64,000 nt of DNA from Tubulanus polymorphus. Its lineage: Eukaryota > Animalia > Nemertea. How positions within the stretch are numbered: the stretch's first letter is position 1; every line of letters starts with the position of its first letter. Positions 21,801-36,800 of this stretch are shown piece by piece. A program made the position numbers and the translations under genes. The notes beneath the pieces are model-generated. The model was given only the letters and a program-made list of their open reading frames with translations, searched no databases and was not told the origin of the DNA. The stretch lies in assembly GCF_964204645.1 (NCBI RefSeq), contig NC_134033.1, forward strand, positions 1 to 64,000, read 5' to 3'.

Positions 21801-24800
21801 GCCAGAAAATTCTGATTCTTTCCACCTATCTATTTTAAATCAGTTCAATAAGCCTCAACCCATCTTTTCAGATTGAATCCATCATCTTTAGAACCAAAAG
21901 CAGCCAGAAAAGTCTGTTTCTTTCCACCTATCTATTTGAAATCAGTTCAATACGCCTTTACTCATCTTTTCAGATTGAATCCATCATCTTTAGAACCAAG
22001 AGCAGCCAGAAAATTATGTTTCTTTCCACCTATCTATTTGAAATCAGTTCAATGCGCCTTAACCCATCTTTTCAGATTGATTCCATCACCTTCAGAACCA
22101 AAAGCAGCCAGAAAATTCTTATTCTTTCCACCTATTTATTTTAAATCAGTTCAATAAGCCTTAACCCATCTTTTCAGATTGAATCCATCATCATCTTTAA
22201 AACCAAAAGCAGCCAGAAAATTCTGTTTCTTTCCACCTATCTATTTGAAATCAGTTCAATACGCCTTTACTCATCTTTTCAGATTGAATCCATCAATTTC
22301 AGAAGCATAAGTAGCAAGAAAATTCTGAATCTTTCCACCTATCTATTTGAAATCAGTTCAATACGCCTTAACCCATCTTTTCAGATTGAATCCATCATCT
22401 TCAGAACCGAAAGCAGCCAGAAAATTCTGATTCTTTCCACCTATCTATTTTAAATCAGTTCAATGCGCCTTAACCCATCTTTTCAGACTGAATCCATCAT
22501 CTTCAGAACCGAAAGCAGCTAGAAAATTCTTATTCTTTCCACCTATTTATTTGAAATCAGTTCAATGCGCCTTAACCCATCTTTTCAGATTGAATCCATC
22601 ATCTTTAGAACCATATTTAGCTAGAAAAATCTGTATCTTTCAACCCATCTACTCGAAATAAGTTCAGTTTACCTTATCCTATCATTTCAGATCGAGTCTA
22701 TCATCTTCAGAACCAAATGCAGCCAGAAAATTCTGAATCTTTCCACCTATCTATTTGAAATCAGTTCAATACGCCTTAACCCATCTTTTCACATTGATCC
22801 ATCATCTTTAGAAACAAAAGCAGCCAGAAAATTCTGTTTCTTTCCACCTATCTATTTGAAATCAGTTCAATACGACTTAACCCATCTTTTCCGATTGAAT
22901 CCATCATCTTCAGAACCAAAAGCAGCCAGAAAATTCTTATTCTTTCCACCTATTTATTTTAAATCAGTTCAATAAGCCTTAACCCATCTTTTCAGATTGA
23001 ATCCATCATCATCTTTAAAACCAAAAGCAGCCAGAAAATTCTGTTTCTTTCCACCTATCTATTTGAAATCAGTTCAATACGCCTTTACTCATCTTTTCAG
23101 ATTGAATCCATCAATTTCAGAAGCATAAGTAGCAAGAAAATTCTGAATCTTTCCACCTATCTATTTGAAATCAGTTCAATACGCCTTAACCCATCTTTTC
23201 AGATTAAATCCATCATCTTCAGAACCGAAAGCAGCCAGAAAATTCTGATTCTTTCCACCTATCTATTTTAAATCAGTTCAATGCGCCTTAACCCATCTTT
23301 TCAGATTGAATCCATCATCTTCAGAACCAAAAGCAGCCAGAAAATTCTTATTCTTTCCACCTATTTATTTTAAATCAGTTCCATAAGCCTTAACCCATCT
23401 TTTCAGATTGAATCCATCATCTTTAGAACCAAAAGCAGCCAGAAAATTCTGATTCTTTCCACCTATCTATTTTAAATCAGTTCAATGCGCCTTAACCCAT
23501 CTTTTCAGATTGAATCCATCATCTTCAGAACCAAAAGCAGCCAGAAAATTCTGATTCTTTCCACCTATCTATTTGAAATCAGTTCAATACACCCAAACCC
23601 ATCAATTAAGATAGAATTCATCATCTTTAGAACCATATTTAGCTAGAAAAATCTGTATCTTTCAACCCATCTACTCGAAATAAGTTCAGCTTACCTTATC
23701 CTATCATTTCAGATCGAGTCTATCATCTTCAGAACCAAACGCAGCCAGAAAATTCTGATTCTTTCAACCTATCTATTTGAAATCAGTTCAATACGCCTTT
23801 CCTTATCTTTTCAGATTGAATCCATCAATTTCAGAAGCATAAGTAGCAAGAAAATTCTGAATCTTTCCACCTATCTATTTGAAATCAGTTCAATACGCCT
23901 TAACCCATCTTTTCAGATTGAATCCATCATCTTCAGAACCAAAAGCAGCCAGAAAATTCTGTTTCTTTCCACCTACCTATTTGAAATCAGTTCAATACGC
24001 CTTAACCCACCTTTTCACATTGATCCATCATCTTTAGAAACAAAAGCAGCCAGAAAATTCTGTTTCTTTCCACCTATCTATTTGAAATCAGTTCAATACG
24101 CCCTAACCCATCTTTTCAGATTGAATCCATCATCTTCAGAACCAAAAGCAGCCAGAAAATTCTGATTCTTTCCACCTATCTATTTTAAATCAGTTCAATA
24201 AGCCTTAACCCATCTTTTCAGATTGAATCCATCATCTTTAGAACCAAAAGCAGCCAGAAAAGGCTGTTTCTTTCCACCTATCTATTTGAAATCAGTTCAA
24301 TACGCCTTTACTCATCTTTTCAGATTGAATCCATCATCTTTAGAACCAAGAGCAGCCAGAAAATTCTGTTTCTTTCCACCTATCTATTTGAAATCAGTTC
24401 AATACGCCTTTACTCATCTTTTCAGATTGAATCCATCAATTTCAGAAGCATAAGTAGCAAGAAAATTCTGAATCTTTCCACCTATCTATTTGAAATCAGT
24501 TCAATACGCCTTAACCCATCTTTTCACATTGAATCCATCATCTTCAGAACCAAAAGCAGCCAGAAAATTCTGAATCTTTCCACCTATTTATTTTAAATCA
24601 GTTCAATAAGCCTTAACCCATCTTTTCAGATTGAATCCATCATCTTTAGAACCAAAAGCAGCCAGAAAATTCTGTTTCTTTCCACCTATCTATTTGAAAT
24701 CAGTTCAATACGCCTTAACCCATCTTTTCACATTGATCCATCATCTTTAGAAACAAAAGCAGCCTGAAAATTCGGTTTCTTTCCACCTATCTATTTGAAA

Positions 24801-27800
24801 TCAGTTCAATACGCCCTAACCCATCTTTTTAGATTGAATCCATCATCTTCAGAACCAAAAGCAGCCAGAAAATTCTGATTCTCTCCACCTATCTATTTTA
24901 AATCAGTTCAAATAAGCCTTAACCCATCTTTTCAGATTGAATCCATCATCTTTAGAACCAAAAGCAGCCAGAAAAGTCTGTTTCTTTCCACCTATCTATT
25001 TGAAATCAGTTCAATACGCCTTTACTCATCTTTTCAGATTGAATCCATCATCTTTAGAACCAAGAGCAGCCAGAAAATTCTGTTTCTTTCCACCTATCTA
25101 TTTGAAATCAGTTCAATGCGCCTTAACCCATCTTTTCAGATTGATTCCATCATCTTCAGAACCAAAAGCAGCCAGAAAATTCTTATTCTTTCCACCTATT
25201 TATTTTAAATCAGTTCAATAAGCCTTAACCCATCTTTTCAGATTGAATCCATCATCATCTTTAAAACCAAAAGCAGCCAGAAAATTCTGTTTCTTTCCAC
25301 CTATCTATTTGAAATCAGTTCAATACGCCTTTACTCATCTTTTCAGATTGAATCCATCAATTTCAGAAGCATAAGTAGCAAGAAAGTTCTGAATCTTTCC
25401 ACCTATCTATTTGAAATCAGTTCAATACGCCTTAACCCATCTTTTCACATTGAATCCATCATCTTCAGAACCAAAAGCAGCCAGAAAATTCTTATTCTTT
25501 CCACCTATTTATTTTAAATCAGTTCAATAAGCCTTAACCCATCTTTTCAGATTGAATCCATCATCTTTAGAACCAAAAGCAGCCAGAAAATTCTGTTTCT
25601 TACCACCTATCTATTTGAAATCAGTTCAATACGCCTTAACCCATCTTTTCACATTGATCCATCATCTTTAGAAACAAAAGCAGCCTGAAAATTCGGTTTC
25701 TTTCCACCTATCTATTTGAAATCAGTTCAATACGCCCTAACCCATCTTTTTAGATTGAATCCATCATCTTCAGAACCAAAAGCAGCCAGAAAATTCTGAT
25801 TCTTTCCACCTATCTATTTTAAATCAGTTCAATAAGCCTTAACCCATCTTTTCAGATTGAATCCATCATCTTTAGAACCAAAAGCAGCCAGAAAATTCTG
25901 TTTCTTTCCACCTATCTATTTGAAATCAGTTCAATACGCCTTAACCCATCTTTTCACATTGATCCATCATCTTTAGAAACAAAAGCAGCCTGAAAATTCG
26001 GTTTCATTCCACCTATCTATTTGAAATCAGTTCAATACGCCCTAACCCATCTTTTTAGATTGAATCCATCATCTTCAGAACCAAAAGCAGCCAGAAAATT
26101 CTGTTTCTTTCCACCTATCTATTTGAAATCAGTTCAATGCGCCTTAACCCATCTTTTCAGATTGATTCCATCATCCTCAGAACCAAAAGCAGCCAGAAAA
26201 TTCTTATTCTTTCCACCTATTTATTTTAAATCAGTTCAATAAGCCTTAACCCATCTTTTCAGATTGAATCCATCATCATCTTTAAAACCAAAAGCAGCCA
26301 GAAAATTCTGTTTCTTTCCACCTATCTATTTGAAATCAGTTCAATACGCCTTTACTCATCTTTTCAGATTGAATCCATCAATTTCAGAAGCATAAGTAGC
26401 AAGAAAATTCTGAATCTTTCCACCTATCTATTTGAAATCAGTTCAATACGCCTTAACCCATCTTTTCACATTGAATCCATCATCTTCAGAACCAAAAGCA
26501 GCCAGAAAATTCTTATTCTTTCCACCTATTTATTTTAAATCAGTTCAATAAGCCTTAACCCATCTTTTCAGATTGAATCCATCATCTTTAGAACCAAAAG
26601 CAGCCAGAAAATTCTGTTTCTTTCCACCTATCTATTTGAAATCAGTTCAATACGCCTTAACCCATCTTTTCACATTGATCCATCATCTTTAGAAACAAAA
26701 GCAGCCTGAAAATTCGGTTTCTTTCCACCTATCTATTTGAAATCAGTTCAATACGCCCTAACCCATCTTTTTAGATTGAATCCATCATCTTCAGAACCAA
26801 AAGCAGCCAGAAAATTCTGATTCTTTCCACCTATCTATTTTAAATCAGTTCAATAAGCCTTAACCCATCTTTTCAGATTGAATCCATCATCTTTAGAACC
26901 AAAAGCAGCCAGAAAAGTCTGTTTCTTTCCACCTATCTATTTGAAATCAGTTCAATACGCCTTTACTCATCTTTTCAGATTGAATCCATCATCTTTAGAA
27001 CCAAGAGCAGCCAGAAAATTCTGTTTCTTTCCACCTATCTATTTGAAATCAGTTCAATGCGCCTTAACCCATCTTTTCAGATTGATTCCATCATCTTCAG
27101 AACCAAAAGCAGCCAGAAAATTCTTATTCTTTCCACCTATTTATTTTAAATCAGTTCAATAAGCCTTAACCCATCTTTTCAGATTGAATCCATCATCATC
27201 TTTAAAACCAAAAGCAGCCAGAAAATTCTGTTTCTTTCCACCTATCTATTTGAAATCAGTTCAATACGCCTTTACTCATCTTTTCAGATTGAATCCATCA
27301 ATTTCAGAAGCATAAGTAGCAAGAAAATTCTGAATCTTTCCACCTATCTATTTGAAATCAGTTCAATACGCCTTAACCCATCTTTTCAGATTGAATCCAT
27401 CATCTTCAGAACCGAAAGCAGCCAGAAAATTCTGATTCTTTCCACCTATCTATTTTAAATCAGTTCAATGCGCCTTAACCCATCTTTTCAGCCTGAATCC
27501 ATCATCTTCAGAACCGAAAGCAGCTAGAAAATTCTTATTCTTTCCACCTATTTATTTGAAATCAGTTCAATGCGCCTTAACCCATCTTTTCAGATTGAAT
27601 CCATCATCTTTAGAACCATATTTAGCTAGAAAAATCTGTATCTTTCAACCCATCTACTCGAAATAAGTTCAGTTTACCTTATCCTATCATTTCAGATCGA
27701 GTCTATCATCTTCAGAACCAAATGCAGCCAGAAAATTCTGAATCTTTCCACCTATCTATTTGAAATCAGTTCAATACGCCTTAACCCATCTTTTCACATT

Positions 27801-30800
27801 GATCCATCATCTTTAGAAACAAAAGCAGCCAGAAAATTCTGTTTCTTTCCACCTATCTATTTGAAATCAGTTCAATACGACTTAACCCATCTTTTCCGAT
27901 TGAATCCATCATCTTCAGAACCAAAAGCAGCCAGAAAATTCTTATTCTTTCCACCTATTTATTTTAAATCAGTTCAATAAGCCTTAACCCATCTTTTCAG
28001 ATTGAATCCATCATCATCTTTAAAACCAAAAGCAGCCAGAAAATTCTGTTTCTTTCCACCTATCTATTTGAAATCAGTTCAATACGCCTTTACTCATCTT
28101 TTCAGATTGAATCCATCAATTTCAGAAGCATAAGTAGCAAGAAAATTCTGAATCTTTCCACCTATCTATTTGAAATCAGTTCAATACGCCTTAACCCATC
28201 TTTTCAGATTAAATCCATCATCTTCAGAACCGAAAGCAGCCAGAAAATTCTGATTCTTTCCACCTATCTATTTTAAATCAGTTCAATGCGCCTTAACCCA
28301 TCTTTTCAGATTGAATCCATCATCTTCAGAACCAAAAGCAGCCAGAAAATTCTTATTCTTTCCACCTATTTATTTTAAATCAGTTCCATAAGCCTTAACC
28401 CATCTTTTCAGATTGAATCCATCATCTTTAGAACCAAAAGCAGCCAGAAAATTCTGTTTCTTTCCACCTATCTACTTGAAATCAGTTCAATACACCCAAA
28501 CCCATCAATTAAGATAGAATTCATCATCTTTAGAACCATATTTAGCTAGAAAAATCTGTATCTTTCAACCCATCTACTCGAAATAAGTTCAGCTTACCTT
28601 ATCCTATCATTTCAGATCGAGTCTATCATCTTCAGAACCAAACGCAGCCAGAAAATTCTGATTCTTTCAACCTATCTATTTGAAATCAGTTCAATACGCC
28701 TTTCCTTATCTTTTCAGATTGAATCCATCAATTTCAGAAGCATAAGTAGCAAGAAAATTCTGAATCTTTCCACCTATCTATTTGAAATCAGTTCAATACG
28801 CCTTAACCCATCTTTTCAGATTGAATCCATCATCTTCAGAACCAAAAGCAGCCAGAAAATTCTGTTTCTTTCCACCTACCTATTTGAAATCAGTTCAATA
28901 CGCCTTAACCCACCGTTTCACATTGATCCATCATCTTTAGAAACAAAAGCAGCCAGAAAATTCTGTTTCTTTCCACCTATCTATTTGAAATCAGTTCAAT
29001 ACGCCCTAACCCATCTTTTCAGATTAAATCCATCATCTTCAGAACCGAAAGCAGCCAGAAAATTCTGATTCTTTCCACCTATCTATTTTAAATCAGTTCA
29101 ATGCGCCTTAACCCATCTTTTCAGATTGAATCCATCATCTTCAGAACCAAAAGCAGCCAGAAAATTCTTATTCTTTCCACCTATTTATTTTAAATCAGTT
29201 CCATAAGCCTTAACCCATCTTTTCAGATTGAATCCATCATCTTTAGAACCAAAAGCAGCCAGAAAATTCTGATTCTTTCCACCTATCTATTTTAAATCAG
29301 TTCAATGCGCCTTAACCCATCTTTTCAGATTGAATCCATCATCTTCAGAACCAAAAGCAGCCAGAAAATTCTGATTCTTTCCACCTATCTATTTGAAATC
29401 AGTTCAATACACCCAAACCCATCAATTAAGATAGAATTCATCATCTTTAGAACCATATTTAGCTAGAAAAATCTGTATCTTTCAACCCATCTACTCGAAA
29501 TAAGTTCAGCTTACCTTATCCTATCATTTCAGATCGAGTCTATCATCTTCAGAACCAAACGCAGCCAGAAAATTCTGATTCTTTCAACCTATCTATTTGA
29601 AATCAGTTCAATACGCCTTTCCTTATCTTTTCAGATTGAATCCATCAATTTCAGAAGCATAAGTAGCAAGAAAATTCTGAATCTTTCCACCTATCTATTT
29701 GAAATCAGTTCAATACGCCTTAACCCATCTTTTCAGATTGAATCCATCATCTTCAGAACCAAAAGCAGCCAGAAAATTCTGTTTCTTTCCACCTACCTAT
29801 TTGAAATCAGTTCAATAAGCCTTAACCCATCTTTTCAGATTGAATCCATCATCTTTAGAACCAAAAGCAGCCAGAAAATTCTGTTTCTTTCCACCTATCT
29901 ATTTGAAATCAGTTCAATACGCCTTAACCCATCTTTTCACATTGATCCATCATCTTTAGAAACAAAAGCAGCCTGAAAATTCGGTTTCTTTCCACCTATC
30001 TATTTGAAATCAGTTCAATACGCCCTAACCCATCTTTTTAGATTGAATCCATCATCTTCAGAACCAAAAGCAGCCAGAAAATTCTGATTCTCTCCACCTA
30101 TCTATTTTAAATCAGTTCAATAAGCCTTAACCCATCTTTTCAGATTGAATCCATCATCTTTAGAACCAAAAGCAGCCAGAAAAGTCTGTTTCTTTCCACC
30201 TATCTATTTGAAATCAGTTCAATACGCCTTTACTCATCTTTTCAGATTGAATCCATCATCTTTAGAACCAAGAGCAGCCAGAAAATTCTGTTTCTTTCCA
30301 CCTATCTATTTGAAATCAGTTCAATGCGCCTTAACCCATCTTTTCAGATTGATTCCATCATCCTCAGAACCAAAAGCAGCCAGAAAATTCTTATTCTTTC
30401 CACCTATTTATTTTAAATCAGTTCAATAAGCCTTAACCCATCTTTTCAGATTGAATCCATCATCATCTTTAAAACCAAAAGCAGCCAGAAAATTCTGTTT
30501 CTTTCCACCTATCTATTTGAAATCAGTTCAATACGCCTTTACTCATCTTTTCAGATTGAATCCATCAATTTCAGAAGCATAAGTAGCAAGAAAATTCTGA
30601 ATCTTTCCACCTATCTATTTGAAATCAGTTCAATACGCCTTAACCCATCTTTTCACATTGAATCCATCATCTTCAGAACCAAAAGCAGCCAGAAAATTCT
30701 TATTCTTTCCACCTATTTATTTTAAATCAGTTCAATAAGCCTTAACCCATCTTTTCAGATTGAATCCATCATCTTTAGAACCAAAAGCAGCCAGAAAATT

Positions 30801-33800
30801 CTGTTTCTTTCCACCTATCTATTTGAAATCAGTTCAATACGCCTTAACCCATCTTTTCACATTGATCCATCATCTTTAGAAACAAAAGCAGCCTGAAAAT
30901 TCGGTTTCTTTCCACCTATCTATTTGAAATCAGTTCAATACGCCCTAACCCATCTTTTTAGATTGAATCCATCATCTTCAGAACCAAAAGCAGCCAGAAA
31001 ATTCTGATTCTTTCCACCTATCTATTTTAAATCAGTTCAATAAGCCTTAACCCATCTTTTCAGATTGAATCCATCATCTTTAGAACCAAAAGCAGCCAGA
31101 AAAGTCTGTTTCTTTCCACCTATCTATTTGAAATCAGTTCAATACGCCTTTACTCATCTTTTCAGATTGAATCCATCATCTTTAGAACCAAGAGCAGCCA
31201 GAAAATTCTGTTTCTTTCCACCTATCTATTTGAAATCAGTTCAATGCGCCTTAACCCATCTTTTCAGATTGATTCCATCATCTTCAGAACCAAAAGCAGC
31301 CAGAAAATTCTTATTCTTTCCACCTATTTATTTTAAATCAGTTCAATAAGCCTTAACCCATCTTTTCAGATTGAATCCATCATCATCTTTAAAACCAAAA
31401 GCAGCCAGAAAATTCTGTTTCTTTCCACCTATCTATTTGAAATCAGTTCAATACGCCTTTACTCATCTTTTCAGATTGAATCCATCAATTTCAGAAGCAT
31501 AAGTAGCAAGAAAATTCTGAATCTTTCCACCTATCTATTTGAAATCAGTTCAATACGCCTTAACCCATCTTTTCAGATTGAATCCATCATCTTCAGAACC
31601 GAAAGCAGCCAGAAAATTCTGATTCTTTCCACCTATCTATTTTAAATCAGTTCAATGCGCCTTAACCCATCTTTTCAGCCTGAATCCATCATCTTCAGAA
31701 CCGAAAGCAGCTAGAAAATTCTTATTCTTTCCACCTATTTATTTGAAATCAGTTCAATGCGCCTTAACCCATCTTTTCAGATTGAATCCATCATCTTTAG
31801 AACCATATTTAGCTAGAAAAATCTGTATCTTTCAACCCATCTACTCGAAATAAGTTCAGTTTACCTTATCCTATCATTTCAGATCGAGTCTATCATCTTC
31901 AGAACCAAATGCAGCCAGAAAATTCTGAATCTTTCCACCTATCTATTTGAAATCAGTTCAATACGCCTTAACCCATCTTTTCACATTGATCCATCATCTT
32001 TAGAAACAAAAGCAGCCAGAAAATTCTGTTTCTTTCCACCTATCTATTTGAAATCAGTTCAATACGACTTAACCCATCTTTTCCGATTGAATCCATCATC
32101 TTCAGAACCAAAAGCAGCCAGAAAATTCTTATTCTTTCCACCTATTTATTTTAAATCAGTTCAATAAGCCTTAACCCATCTTTTCAGATTGAATCCATCA
32201 TCATCTTTAAAACCAAAAGCAGCCAGAAAATTCTGTTTCTTTCCACCTATCTATTTGAAATCAGTTCAATACGCCTTTACTCATCTTTTCAGATTGAATC
32301 CATCAATTTCAGAAGCATAAGTAGCAAGAAAATTCTGAATCTTTCCACCTATCTATTTGAAATCAGTTCAATACGCCTTAACCCATCTTTTCAGATTAAA
32401 TCCATCATCTTCAGAACCGAAAGCAGCCAGAAAATTCTGATTCTTTCCACCTATCTATTTTAAATCAGTTCAATGCGCCTTAACCCATCTTTTCAGATTG
32501 AATCCATCATCTTCAGAACCAAAAGCAGCCAGAAAATTCTTATTCTTTCCACCTATTTATTTTAAATCAGTTCCATAAGCCTTAACCCATCTTTTCAGAT
32601 TGAATCCATCATCTTTAGAACCAAAAGCAGCCAGAAAATTCTGTTTCTTTCCACCTATCTACTTGAAATCAGTTCAATACACCCAAACCCATCAATTAAG
32701 ATAGAATTCATCATCTTTAGAACCATATTTAGCTAGAAAAATCTGTATCTTTCAACCCATCTACTCGAAATAAGTTCAGCTTACCTTATCCTATCATTTC
32801 AGATCGAGTCTATCATCTTCAGAACCAAACGCAGCCAGAAAATTCTGATTCTTTCAACCTATCTATTTGAAATCAGTTCAATACGCCTTTCCTTATCTTT
32901 TCAGATTGAATCCATCAATTTCAGAAGCATAAGTAGCAAGAAAATTCTGAATCTTTCCACCTATCTATTTGAAATCAGTTCAATACGCCTTAACCCATCT
33001 TTTCAGATTGAATCCATCATCTTCAGAACCAAAAGCAGCCAGAAAATTCTGTTTCTTTCCACCTACCTATTTGAAATCAGTTCAATACGCCTTAACCCAC
33101 CGTTTCACATTGATCCATCATCTTTAGAAACAAAAGCAGCCAGAAAATTCTGTTTCTTTCCACCTATCTATTTGAAATCAGTTCAATACGCCCTAACCCA
33201 TCTTTTCAGATTGAATCCATCATCTTCAGAACCAAAAGCAGCCAGAAAATTCTGATTCTTTCCACCTATCTATTTGAAATCAGTTCAATACGCCTTTACT
33301 CATCTTTTCAGATTGAATCCATCATCTTTAGAACCAAGAGCAGCCAGAAAATTCTGTTTCTTTCCACCTATCTATTTGAAATCAGTTCAATACGCCTTTA
33401 CTCATCTTTTCAGATTGAATCCATCAATTTCAGAAGCATAAGTAGCAAGAAAATTCTGAATCTTTCCACCTATCTATTTGAAATCAGTTCAATACGCCTT
33501 AACCCATCTTTTCACATTGAATCCATCATCTTCAGAACCAAAAGCAGCCAGAAAATTCTTATTCTTTCCACCTATTTATTTTAAATCAGTTCAATAAGCC
33601 TTAACCCATCTTTTCAGATTGAATCCATCATCTTTAGAACCAAAAGCAGCCAGAAAATTCTGTTTCTTTCCACCTATCTATTTGAAATCAGTTCAATACG
33701 CCTTTACTCATCTTTTCAGATTGAATCCATCAATTTCAGAAGCATAAGTAGCAAGAAAATTCTGAATCTTTCCACCTATCTATTTGAAATCAGTTCAATA

Positions 33801-36800
33801 CGCCTTAACCCATCTTTTCAGATTGAATCCATCATCTTCAGAACCGAAAGCAGCCAGAAAATTCTGATTCTTTCCACCTATCTATTTTAAATCAGTTCAA
33901 TGCGCCTTAACCCATCTTTTCAGACTGAATCCATCATCTTCAGAACCGAAAGCAGCTAGAAAATTCTTATTCTTTCCACCTATTTATTTGAAATCAGTTC
34001 AATGCGCCTTAACCCATCTTTTCAGATTGAATCCATCATCTTTAGAACCATATTTAGCTAGAAAAATCTGTATCTTTCAACCCATCTACTCGAAATAAGT
34101 TCAGTTTACCTTATCCTATCATTTCAGATCGAGTCTATCATCTTCAGAACCAAATGCAGCCAGAAAATTCTGAATCTTTCCACCTATCTATTTGAAATCA
34201 GTTCAATACGCCTTAACCCATCTTTTCACATTGATCCATCATCTTTAGAAACAAAAGCAGCCAGAAAATTCTGTTTCTTTCCACCTATCTATTTGAAATC
34301 AGTTCAATACGACTTAACCCATCTTTTCCGATTGAATCCATCATCTTCAGAACCAAAAGCAGCCAGAAAATTCTTATTCTTTCCACCTATTTATTTTAAA
34401 TCAGTTCAATAAGCCTTAACCCATCTTTTCAGATTGAATCCATCATCATCTTTAAAACCAAAAGCAGCCAGAAAATTCTGTTTCTTTCCACCTATCTATT
34501 TGAAATCAGTTCAATACGCCTTTACTCATCTTTTCAGATTGAATCCATCAATTTCAGAAGCATAAGTAGCAAGAAAATTCTGAATCTTTCCACCTATCTA
34601 TTTGAAATCAGTTCAATACGCCTTAACCCATCTTTTCAGATTAAATCCATCATCTTCAGAACCGAAAGCAGCCAGAAAATTCTGATTCTTTCCACCTATC
34701 TATTTTAAATCAGTTCAATGCGCCTTAACCCATCTTTTCAGATTGAATCCATCATCTTCAGAACCAAAAGCAGCCAGAAAATTCTTATTCTTTCCACCTA
34801 TTTATTTTAAATCAGTTCCATAAGCCTTAACCCATCTTTTCAGATTGAATCCATCATCTTTAGAACCAAAAGCAGCCAGAAAATTCTGATTCTTTCCACC
34901 TATCTATTTTAAATCAGTTCAATGCGCCTTAACCCATCTTTTCAGATTGAATCCATCATCTTCAGAACCAAAAGCAGCCAGAAAATTCTGATTCTTTCCA
35001 CCTATCTATTTGAAATCAGTTCAATACACCCAAACCCATCAATTAAGATAGAATTCATCATCTTTAGAACCATATTTAGCTAGAAAAATCTGTATCTTTC
35101 AACCCATCTACTCGAAATAAGTTCAGCTTACCTTATCCTATCATTTCAGATCGAGTCTATCATCTTCAGAATCAAACGCAGCCAGAAAATTCTGATTCTT
35201 TCAACCTATCTATTTGAAATCAGTTCAATACGCCTTTCCTTATCTTTTCAGATTGAATCCATCAATTTCAGAAGCATAAGTAGCAAGAAAATTCTGAATC
35301 TTTCCACCTATCTATTTGAAATCAGTTCAATACGCCTTAACCCATCTTTTCAGATTGAATCCATCATCTTCAGAACCAAAAGCAGCCAGAAAATTCTGTT
35401 TCTTTCCACCTACCTATTTGAAATCAGTTCAATACGCCTTAACCCACCTTTTCACATTGATCCATCATCTTTAGAAACAAAAGCAGCCAGAAAATTCTGT
35501 TTCTTTCCACCTATCTATTTGAAATCAGTTCAATACGCCCTAACCCATCTTTTCAGATTGAATCCATCATCTTCAGAACCAAAAGCAGCCAGAAAATTCT
35601 GATTCTTTCCACCTATCTATTTTAAATCAGTTCAATAAGCCTTAACCCATCTTTTCAGATTGAATCCATCATCTTTAGAACCAAAAGCAGCCAGAAAAGG
35701 CTGTTTCTTTCCACCTATCTATTTGAAATCAGTTCAATACGCCTTTACTCATCTTTTCAGATTGAATCCATCATCTTTAGAACCAAGAGCAGCCAGAAAA
35801 TTCTGTTTCTTTCCACCTATCTATTTGAAATCAGTTCAATACGCCTTTACTCATCTTTTCAGATTGAATCCATCAATTTCAGAAGCATAAGTAGCAAGAA
35901 AATTCTGAATCTTTCCACCTATCTATTTGAAATCAGTTCAATACGCCTTAACCCATCTTTTCACATTGAATCCATCATCTTCAGAACCAAAAGCAGCCAG
36001 AAAATTCTTATTCTTTCCACCTATTTATTTTAAATCAGTTCAATAAGCCTTAACCCATCTTTTCAGATTGAATCCATCATCTTTAGAACCAAAAGCAGCC
36101 AGAAAATTCTGTTTCTTTCCACCTATCTATTTGAAATCAGTTCAATACGCCTTAACCCATCTTTTCACATTGATCCATCATCTTTAGAAACAAAAGCAGC
36201 CTGAAAATTCGGTTTCTTTCCACCTATCTATTTGAAATCAGTTCAATACGCCCTAACCCATCTTTTTAGATTGAATCCATCATCTTCAGAACCAAAAGCA
36301 GCCAGAAAATTCTGATTCTCTCCACCTATCTATTTTAAATCAGTTCAAATAAGCCTTAACCCATCTTTTCAGATTGAATCCATCATCTTTAGAACCAAAA
36401 GCAGCCAGAAAAGTCTGTTTCTTTCCACCTATCTATTTGAAATCAGTTCAATACGCCTTTACTCATCTTTTCAGATTGAATCCATCATCTTTAGAACCAA
36501 GAGCAGCCAGAAAATTCTGTTTCTTTCCACCTATCTATTTGAAATCAGTTCAATGCGCCTTAACCCATCTTTTCAGATTGATTCCATCATCTTCAGAACC
36601 AAAAGCAGCCAGAAAAGGCTGTTTCTTTCCACCTATCTATTTGAAATCAGTTCAATACGCCTTTACTCATCTTTTCAGATTGAATCCATCATCTTTAGAA
36701 CCAAGAGCAGCCAGAAAATTCTGTTTCTTTCCACCTATCTATTTGAAATCAGTTCAATACGCCTTTACTCATCTTTTCAGATTGAATCCATCAATTTCAG